A stretch of 64,000 nucleotides of DNA from Kudoa neothunni. Taxonomy: Eukaryota > Animalia > Cnidaria. Positions 54,009 through 64,000 of this stretch are shown here, one piece after another; position 1 is the first letter of the stretch, and the number at the start of each line of letters is the position of its first letter. The position numbers were made by a program, and so were the translations under genes. The notes beneath the pieces were generated by a model. That model was not told the origin of the DNA, did not search any database, and saw only the letters and a list, made by a program, of their open reading frames with translations. The stretch spans positions 4,949,200 to 5,013,199 of the forward strand of contig OZ199840.1 of NCBI GenBank assembly GCA_964304625.1, written 5' to 3'.

Positions 54009-56156
54009 TCAAAAATATAGCCTTTTACATGCGTGTCCGAGTTTTCCCCTTGTCAAGGTCTCTCGTCGTTTAATGCTAAATTTGAAAATGGATCTAAATT
54101 AGATAATTGCAATTAATAGCAACTAAAAAAAGGTTTTTGCAGAGAAAATTTGAATGATTTGATGCTTAAATGGATGATTGGACATTCAAGGCAAGACATT
54201 TATGTAAATCAGTTTTATATTAACTAATTATGGAAGTAGTCGAATTTACGTCGGGTGAATGTGATTTCGATAATTTATATATAAGTATAGGTTGGGTTTG
54301 TGGTATTAAGAAAATTTTATTGACTCCGATAAAAAAGGATCCACGAAAACGCTAACAGCTTTGATATTTGAAATGTTTAAAAATCCACACTGTTTCAAAG
54401 GAATAAATAAACATCCAGTTGACTATCAAATTCAAAATAACTCATGGGCAATTAAAGGGGGTTTCAGAAATTAATGAAACGATTAGAACTTAAAATATAA
54501 TTAACGGTGGTGTTTCCTCACAGAATCCAGTTTCCAGTAATAACTTAGATTCCTATATGGGGATAGAGCGTAATATGTTCTATATCGAAAAAAATGATGT
54601 TCATGTATTAAACATCTAAAAAAATTTATTTTATTTTTAGGAAGAGATACACCATGAACATCAAATCATAAGAGTATAGTTTCCAATATTTGAATTATTC
54701 GTAATAGAGAACAAGTCACAAATGACTGGTCATTGTGTGCAAACGAAGTGTGTTTGAAGATAAAATATTAAATTTATTTATCATTATTTTACTCAAAAAT
54801 AATCGTAATTGCGAAAAAGTTTTTACTTTATGTTGTAATACGGTAAAATCAATAATATTTATTTAACGATTTTTCCACATAAAATATCGGTAACAAATAA
54901 TTTTGAGATGCATAATTAATATGCATTGACCCATTTAAATTACTACAACAAAGGAAGTTTTATAACGGAAGAAAGAAGTTTTTGTCGTAATTATCAAGAC
55001 TCTCACTGTTCTAATTTAATAAAAATAAAAACTATTTATTTTAAACAAAAAAAATTAGGATATGAGTTTCCAAATAAATTTTGAACAGAATTCTTGTATC
55101 ATGAAGAGTTGGCAAAATGATTTTAGCGTATGTTAAGCAGAAAATACAATCATACCATGTTATTTAATTTTTCATACAATATAATAAAGTAAGCACGTCT
55201 TTTTTCTGTATGTTGAATTATTTTAATCTATTATTTTTCAATAATCTTTATGATTGAATAAAATTATTTATTATAAATGTTTTTTAAATACAGATATTTT
55301 AAATATTAAATGAAAATAGATATATTTTTCTACAAAAATTGAGTATAAGATTGATTAAAAATGATAAAATACATTACAACAGTTAATCAGAGTTAAACGT
55401 ATAATTGGATATATCACTCATAATGAGAATTATTAAAATTTATAAATAATCAATTATCAATTTATCCTGTAAAACTAAGGTAACGAATGTACTAGATTTA
55501 ACCAATAAAAGTTTATAAAATACTTGATAATCTACCTACTATTGATAATATAATTTTCGTTCTCATTTTAACTATGGAACTACTTATAGACAAATAATAT
55601 CAATTTAATCAAATTTTAGAAATGTGTAGTATTACAGAGTTTTTAACTGTTTATAATAATAAATCCCATCATCTATAAAAACCCTGATAAAAGTATTTCT
55701 AATATGAAATAATATGATCATATTTTAATTTTTAAGATAAATTTGTTAGTTAATTAATAAATTTACATATTACATACGTATGCATATCTAAAAATAGAAT
55801 TGCTCGTTTATATAGCGTAGTTTTGCGGGACCGGCGAAACACCACGCTATATCCAGGTCCGATTGTATATGTAATTCGCATGAAAAATGTCCCTTAGTTT
55901 TAATATTTATGAAAAATCAAACAGAGACTACTTACAATAAAGTTTTAACTATTGTTACAGGAAATAATGTAGTTTTTCCGGAATATGTAATGATTGATTT
56001 GGGAATCCAATCCACTTATGCGTTTAAAAACATCAAGAAAAAACCTACATAAGATTTTACTTACTTCACTTTGACAAATATATTTGGAGACGAATTTTAA
56101 TAGAAGGATTTTCAGAAGTATTTTCTAATAATATTGGCCTTTATATGTATATGAAA

Positions 56157-56862
56157 TTAGCGCAAAAGCCCCGCTTCGCATGGGCTTCCTGGCCTGGCCA
56201 CGCGGACTCAAGCCTTGAGTAGGGCAAGGCTATTTGAAGTTCAAAGTAAATTCAGAGTATTTAGATAAATAGTACAAAGATTACCCAATATTAACTGATG
56301 GTTTATTTAACTCATTGGGTGCATGAACCTTATTTAATATTTTTAAAAGCTAATAAACACTACTGAGCGTTTGAATTTCCTATTTTAAACTCCTAAAATA
56401 TCGATTTTCTCTTTGTTGTTTGCAGTAATCTCTAAATCATACAATATGAATCCGACTAATCTTGTTAAACATCAACAAATAAATTTCATATTAATGCTTG
56501 GATACATAACCTAATATTACCTTCCTTATTTGAACTAATTCATTTACTAAATCACTTTTCAATAATTTTAAAATAAAATAAACACTATTAGATATTTAAA
56601 ATTAACTTTTAAAACTTTAACGAAATGATCTATATGTTTGCATATATCCTAAAATCATACCACTCATACCACGTGAAAATGTTTTTAGTCATTTTTCAGG
56701 ATGCAAACCTTTTATAATTTTTTACGTATTTTTCTGTGCTAAAATAAAATTTTATCCTCCCATACATGTGCTCAAATAGAGCGATATATCTCTCTATAAT
56801 GAATGAAAAATTCGTACACACTGACACACACGGATTACCGGTTTGCTTTATTATATAGTAGA
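56157..56862 (-). mobile_element. Non-autonomous Helitron, 706 bp
   Basis: On minus strand A|TCTACTATATAATAAAGCAAACC ... AAGCCCATGCGAAGCGGGGCTTTTGCGCTAA|T: TC start, 3' hairpin, CTRR end, A|T insertion, no TSD. Confidence 0.85.
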
Positions 56863-57352
56863 TTACGGAAATTACAACTTTTGGACGAAAAGCCGTTTTT
56901 ATAGTTCATTAAGGTACAAATATAAGTGTTGATTAATTTCATTATTTCTATTTGTAAATATCATTATATTATGATTAATGTCTAATTGAGTGAACTAGAG
57001 AAAATAAAGATTAATACGATAAAATACCATACGAAATAAAAACAACAAAATAGTGAAATTCTTGACATTATTCCGAAATTAAATTTGATAAGATTAATTA
57101 AAATAAAAAATGTTTGCTACTGTAAATAACACATCATACATTACCGGATAAATTTAGAGGTTTCATAGTTACCATAATGACAATTAAATCCTTTCTTGAG
57201 GTTTCTATATTTTGGTTCCAGCAATTTCCAAATTTTCGAATTAACAATTAAGTTTTAGCCTTTTATCTAAATAAAGATAAACTAATCAAAAATTTACGAT
57301 CTATTAAGAATTGAGGTATTAGATCAATTGTCTTCTAAATAATCTGTATCCG

Positions 57353-60300
57353 ATGAAAGTATCGGAAATAACATTGCATCCATATATTCAATTCTATTTG
57401 TTTTTACTCATTATTATTACATATGGTTATGATTAGATCTTTGTGTCAACACTTTTGTACATAAATTTATTTCATTACAGTTTATTAATATTTATTAGTC
57501 ATACAAATTACACTATTTTGTTTGATAGAGAATGCACCAGCGGCTGTGACTCCATCTGCATCTGGTCCATTAGCTACGCTGAAATACCAAAATGAGTATG
57601 ACGGTACTACTGGGGCAGATACAGTAAAATATATACTTGGTGGATCAAATTATGGTTCTGGAAAGTGTCGTATATTGAGATCAAATGAAGCAACAACCTT
57701 ACTCAATGGAAGTACAGCAGCTGTATTTGAAGAAATTCCACAATGCCCTGGATATGATACTGCAGAGAATGATGGAAAATGTATAATTGACTGTATTAAA
57801 AATGATAGTAAAGTTTCATACAACAAACTCTCTCCAAGAACAAAATACATATATGTATATTCTGGAACTGGCACCAGTGCTGTTAAAAACGATGAACATA
57901 AAAAAGGTGGAAAAGTGTTTGGTTTGGCAATACGTAAGAAAAATAGTAATGAATTGATAAATTGATCTATTGTATTTAGCGTTGCTGGTGAATCCTCAAG
58001 TAAAGAACTCTATCGACTCCCAAAAATTGAAGATCGGATATAAAACATGCACACCAGTTGCTTGCCCTGTATACTACAAAGACGCCGAGTTCTCAGTCGG
58101 TACCAAAGGAAGTTCATGTGAAGATAATGACAAAGCAAATACCGTAGATTTTGATAAATTAGTCCCTCATTATGAGATGAGATGTGAAAAATATCCAAGT
58201 TTCTTTTATTATATGCCAAATGCATATATGAAGGAAAACATCGCAATTTACAAACCTCAATATTACGTAACAAAGAAGACAGGGGCCGATAAGCAAGTTG
58301 TTGTTAAATTCACTGATTTAGCACTATCGTCTGAAATTTGCGTTTTCAGCATTAAAGACGCTGAAAGTACAACAGCTAACTCCCTGTATGAATCGAAATG
58401 TGGAAATACTGCGGAAAAGTGTTACGCACCTTGTAAAAATCTCGAACTTACGGTGACCGAAGCGAAAGATTTATACCAAGTCTTAATTCAAACCAGACAT
58501 CACCGCCTTTCTATAACTACTACTGATAATCCAGATGGATTTCTTCAGAAAAAGTTTGGTACTTATTCTACATAATATAGTTGTATATTCAATGTTATAG
58601 CCATTACGGGTCCTGAAGACAATTTATTGTCCGATTTCAAAAAGGATGGTGTCAAATTAGATGTTGCCCTATTTATATCAACATCAGGGGCTTCAACAAA
58701 TACCTGCACGATAAAACATTATCACGCTGATACAATTAAGCCAACTTCGTCTTCTCCAACGAACTGCAAGAATAATAATGAGGAAGGTGGAGCTGTAGCT
58801 TGTACGACAGATTGCACGAAAGTAGAAATTGCACAACTATCTCCAGGAAAATCGTACATAATTGAAATTGAATATGGACCATCAGGTTCAACTAAATTTA
58901 TAGAACAAATCCTTATAAGGACGGGTAATAACTAAATATTAAATATCAATGACTAAAATTTTCAAAAGAGAAAAATGATGGAAAAAATTTCCAAGAAACT
59001 GCTCCTACTCAAACAGAATCAACAACTACACTAACAGCTATAGGCGGCGAAAAAGAAGGCAATCCGAAAAATGAGCCAAATTGTGAGTATTCCATTAGTC
59101 TAACCGGGAAAAATACATATTACACCGCTAAATGTACTGAAACTAATCCTTGCAGAGGGAGGTGTAGAAATCCAATAACTATTATTGATCTTGAACCAAA
59201 CACTCTTTACGACGTTAGAGTCGTTGCTGATAAGGATTATAAGGAACATATATACACAAATATTAAAACGAGTATATTTCTCTTTACACTAATTTATTTA
59301 ATTCGATCTAGATTTGGCAACATTGAAAATAAATCCAAAATATACGGAGCACGGATTGCGGTTGAATGCACAATTGTCCAAGAAAGTTCCAGAAGCTATT
59401 TGTCATTATACAATCCAAATTAAGAAGGCTGACAGTTTCGAAGATGCTTACATCTGTACACCACCACAAACACCAGAAGTTGTCCCACAAGTTCCTGAGA
59501 CTCCACCAACCACACAAACTGATTCCAATTCCAACCCGGAACAAGAAATACCTGGTACCAGCCAACTTTCTATTCTAAAATCAACAGGTACTGAATCGGA
59601 AATTGCAAGAGATGAAACTAACATGGAAACTAACACTGATTCAACTGTTGACTCTACCACCACAACTACTACAATTGCGAGCCCAATCAATTCAAACACA
59701 TGTTCCTCATTTCCTTTATGCAGTTCTATTGAATTCAACAATTATGATGCAAACGAAGAATATAAAGTGATTATTACCGCAGTGGGAAAATCTAACTCGA
59801 AAGAAATCACGTTAGCAGCCAGTAAAACTATTATTGTTATTATATAAAAATTTAAAATCATTTTAAATAGCTGCTCCAAAAGGAAACCCTACAGAAAATG
59901 CCAAAACAATATACGTGCAAATTACAAGAGATGGTGAATCATTCACGGTTGAGAATACTCTTCCATCAACTCTTAGAGAAAATTCCAAGTGTAAATGGGA
60001 ATTACGTAATTCGAGTGTTAAATCGATGGCGATTATTAAAAAATGCATGAGTCGCTATGATCCTGGATGTAAAAGGTTCCCCCCATGTAAATCATTCACT
60101 ATCCGTGGATTAGTTGATGGTAACAACTATCACTTGACTGTCTACAGTTCTACCGATACAACAGTTTACGGGACGGCTACTATTGAGCAAGGTGAGACAT
60201 TATTTATACGACAATAATTTAAAATGTAAATTTTAGGAGCTAAGAGCAGTTCAAGGTTTTTTAATTAATATTTTTAAAATAAATAAATGTTTTATTTAGT

Positions 60301-60438
60301 TCTAAAACCATGGTCATGTATTAATTTATTATTTTCTTATAGTTGAATTGATATTATTTTAGAATAATTGTGGTAGTGGTTATTGTTGTTTTGATTTCAG
60401 TTTCTGTTGGATTAGTGGTTTTCAAGAAGAAAAATTAA
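57353..60438 (+). CDS. Uncharacterised type-I membrane protein with Cys-rich FN3-like modules, copy 2 (intact paralog)
   Basis: Same 10-exon structure as 48458-51539; signal-like MKVSEITLHPYIQFYLFLLIIITY; splice sites GT-AG; identical TM and KKKN* tail. Confidence 0.8.
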
Positions 60439-61721
60439 TCTTCAACGTTCAGGAATTATTTTCTAATGACCTAACTAGAAACATTTAGAGAATTTAGTTA
60501 CCTATGTGATATTTCTGAAAATTTTTTTTGGTATATATTAATCATTCAAATTTATAATTTCTATAGCAAAACAATTTTTGTTATCTAAAATCTCTTAAAA
60601 TTATAGATTTCAGCCACAATGGGACTGGATACAATGTGAATAGATTTAGCGTGATTTTAAATTTTGACGCCGATTTTATTAAAGTTAGAATCGTTTACGT
60701 TTTTACTCAATTTTATTCTATTATAAGAAAAAACATATAAACTAAAAATTTTGGAAATTTTTTCAAACCTAATAACGTTCCCCTATAATGAGGTTCCTTC
60801 GTGTATCGCGGCTTCTTGAGTTTGGTGACTGTTTATCCTAAGGTTTCGGATTACGAAATAACAGTTCAGTACAGACAATGCAATTTCGTGTATTCTTTCG
60901 TTCTCGTGTTTTCATGAATTAAATACCATGCCTAAATTTTGGCACGAAACACGAACGAAATTTATTTGGCTGATGTGGACCTTAGACACTTCTAATATTT
61001 TGTTAATCCCAATAAAGTAAGTCCTAGACATTGTGTGACTTGATACAACATAATTAATGATTTTTTCATTGTTTTCTAACATAAAAAGTTCAACAAATTC
61101 TGTTAATTAGCCTTTAACAAGCCGCAAAATGCTATATTTAATTTTTGGTTTAATCAAATTCAAAATTATAGAAATCGATGGCCTCGCTATCGCGTGGCTT
61201 TTTTGATAAAATTATCCGATTAGTTCTATATGTTTCTTATCAAAAAAATAATGTTAGGAATATCTCAGAGATGCATAGGAGAAAAAAATCCGAATTATCC
61301 AATAATTCGAATAGATTAGAGCAATATCGGGTGTCAATATGGCGATAATGAAGCATGTTAGCCTACCAAGTATTGACTAGATTTTAGTTTTGGAGAAATA
61401 AGAATAGATCATTCCCCTCTCTCTGAATGATATTATCAAAAAAAGCTACTTGATGTGTACAAGCATTTCGATTGATTGAATACTAATTTCTCATGGAAAA
61501 TACATCCAGATTGAGAGCGTGAGTTGTATAATTGGATTGTTAGCTTACGAACAAAAAAGAAGTGTCAAAATTTAAAATTAAAGAAAATCAATTCCTGAGC
61601 AAACATGATTAAAATGAAAAAAATTTCCTTTTAGTATTATGTGGTTTTGTTAATTCAAAAGCGGTTGAGTTTAAATAACAAACTCAATGAACATGCAGCT
61701 GGCGCTGATATTGTCAGTTAA

Positions 61722-63560
61722 CTCATTCAGGGTTCTATTTTTTAAATTAAGCCAAAATTTATATAATGATAGAATAATGTAATATAGTAAGTAATTATGT
61801 TTAAAACGTCCAGAGAATAATTATTTGCAGAGAAAACTTAATTTTACTAAAGTGTTGAAAAAGAAACAGTACTGCTACATGTGAATAATTCTAATAAAGT
61901 TGGTCAAATGCTCTTATAGAAAAAAGTACGAATTTTATTGAGAATAAAAATGAATTTATTAATTATGAGTATTAATAATTTAATTATTCAGAACACTCTA
62001 CGTTCACGTAGGTAGGGAAATTATTGCAATACCGGATGGTAGTTTTCTTGCGTATGACGCATCTTTTCCGTAGTGTGTTCGTAGAGGGTATTATTTTTGG
62101 TTTTTTGCACATGTAAGCCTTCTGAAAATTTTCTCAGTATAGTTCTATGACCTACTATTGAACTTTTCGTTGTGAATGATATTAGATTTTTTACGATGGC
62201 TCGTGTATGTGTATAAGAGTCAATTTTCGAGTAATTCCCTACATTTATCAGTCTCCATAAATTCATCAGGGCCATAGACCGCATGTTGATGAATAGTTAC
62301 CATTACCATTTTTTGATTTTATATTTATTTTATACCAGGCTATTGAATTATCAGCAAAATCATCTCTACAAATATGTTTATTATACATATACATGTTGTG
62401 TGGCTGTTTAACCTGTCAAAAAGATCTTTTAATTTAACAATATCTTAACTTTCGTAATTGGATGCGGTCCAGAACAATTAGTCATCATAAAACTAATTTA
62501 TTATCATGCCAATGAGAGAATAAAATTTTTTTGGAATTATCAACGATATTTTCGTTTGTACCTCGAATCGTTTTCTTCATTAAACACTTAGGTGATACGT
62601 TAATATAGAAAAAAAATAGCTAAGGACGAAAAAAGAAATTATCAACAAACAATCTATGTTTGGATACATCCCACAAGTCATCAATGAAACGTTTCACAAA
62701 ACCTACTCCAAATCTCAGCTGTTGACGTTCTATCATAAATAGAAAAGCAAAACGCCGTAACCATATGAAGACCTTAGTATCCAATTTTTAAACCCCAAGC
62801 GTAAAGGTTTCCCTCTCCTAAACATCTTACAGGAATGATGTCCTTAATATGGTGCCATTTGCACATGTGTGATGTTCCTGTTAAAAATTCCATACTTTCT
62901 TAAGTTTACATTCATTTTTCCAATCAATGTTTTTTTATTTAAATAATTTGTCTCCATTGTCTATTCTCGCGTTATCATTAAGATGGAAATATCTCTTAAT
63001 GGATTTGAAGTGTTTATAGGTCATCGTTCTATTCACTAGCATTATTCCAGAATCTACAGCGTCTTTCCAACACATATATTTCCAGATTAATGTATGGTAG
63101 CTGGTAAGTAACAGTATACCATTAAAAGTTTTGGGTTGTTCGACTGTCAGATTAAAAATGTGGTCAGTTTTCTGTTGAATATATAAGCCTGATCGCTTTA
63201 AAATCATCATTATGATGTTTTAGTCAAAATGTTGTTGACAAACATTATAGGACTCAACTCTTTCTTAAAGTTTATGCAGGTTCTTCACATAAATTTTAAC
63301 TGATTATAAATTATGCATGGTCGCTAAAGTTCGCGACCTAATTTTATTTGTAAAATATTTTCCAAGAAGGAGAAATTTCATCTTAAAAAAAATTTACTAA
63401 TTATTTTCATACCGCACCTCAATCTCTCCGCATATTCGGGTACAATTCTTATACCAGTATCCACTATTAAATTTGCCACCAAATTATCCTCCTCATCCAT
63501 TAAATCCTCAACAGTGATTGGAGAAGGTGATAAAACTTCGAAGCATGTCATCCTTGTCAC
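61722..63560 (-). mobile_element. PGBD-type piggyBac-like transposase relic, copy 2
   Basis: Reverse-complement homolog of 20180-21691 (MMILKRS.LYIQQ..DHIFNLTVEQ.KTFNGILLL); end TTAA|CTCATTCAGGG at 61718; extra acidic N-terminal remnant 63378-63560. Confidence 0.8.
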
Positions 63561-64000
63561 AGAATTTATTAACAGCGTCTAATAAATTTTTGTAACGAAT
63601 TACGTAAATCACGAATTTCAACAATCTATTAATGGATTAATGGAAGATTTCCACGCGGAGGAATTACTGTTCCTTTTAGGCACATGTTTATTTTGTTAAT
63701 ACTTTTCTTAATTCTAAACGAATATGTATGCGACTCAAAATTTTGATTTGCATACATACATAATGTTAAAGGCAGTGTCTATTTTGTCGTACGCGCTTTT
63801 TCCTTTGAAATATTAATCCATTCATTACCATTTTTTCAAAAAATATATTTTATAAATTCATAAGTTTAGTTTCATTAATTTTTTAGTTATCGATTAGACA
63901 TAAAATTACATCGAGGATATTTTAAACTCATTCATAAGTATCAATATAAATGACATTAAATTTTTTATAAATTTATATTATTTTCGTAACTAATCTAAAG

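Noticed and set aside
57423-57528. Apparent CAA-to-TAA stop (57486-57488) and lost ATG suggesting surface-gene copy 2 is a pseudogene, or that TAA is recoded
   Set aside because: An upstream 73-nt exon (57353-57425, matching 48458-48530) splices in phase 1 to the AG at 57527-57528, placing the TAA in an intron; TAA, TAG and TGA all end genes normally in this window.
1-64000. CRISPR arrays, rRNA, tRNA and prokaryotic operons
   Set aside because: None seen; the window is intron-containing eukaryotic DNA.

Overview
AT-rich eukaryotic (metazoan-type) genomic DNA with very short GT-AG introns (mostly about 40-55 nt), resembling a compact, fast-evolving animal lineage such as a reduced parasite; the taxon cannot be fixed from sequence alone. 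Recognisable housekeeping genes: 3' part of a GSK3-family kinase carrying two apparent frameshifts (1-888), CABIN1 (5278-10905, -), two tandem ACP6-like histidine acid phosphatases (15727-17459 and 24108-25840, -; the second has a stop in its leader), a STRAD-like pseudokinase (30317-32615, -), a mucolipin/TRPML channel (36648-39302), TRIP4/ASC-1 lacking its ASCH domain (39428-40718, -) and GPKOW (40769-43555). Intergenic DNA is dense with decayed DNA transposons: three copies of one non-autonomous Helitron, piggyBac/PGBD relics and TTAA MITEs, Merlin, MULE, hAT and Tc1/pogo MITEs. The most novel-looking feature is a tandem pair of 10-exon, roughly 875-aa type-I membrane proteins (48458-51539, 57353-60438) built from about seven four-cysteine FN3-like modules separated by phase-1 introns. 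The two paralogs have near-invariant frameworks and membrane-proximal module but strongly diverged membrane-distal loops, the signature expected of a variant surface-antigen or recognition system. All exon structures were assembled by eye and no database searches were run.
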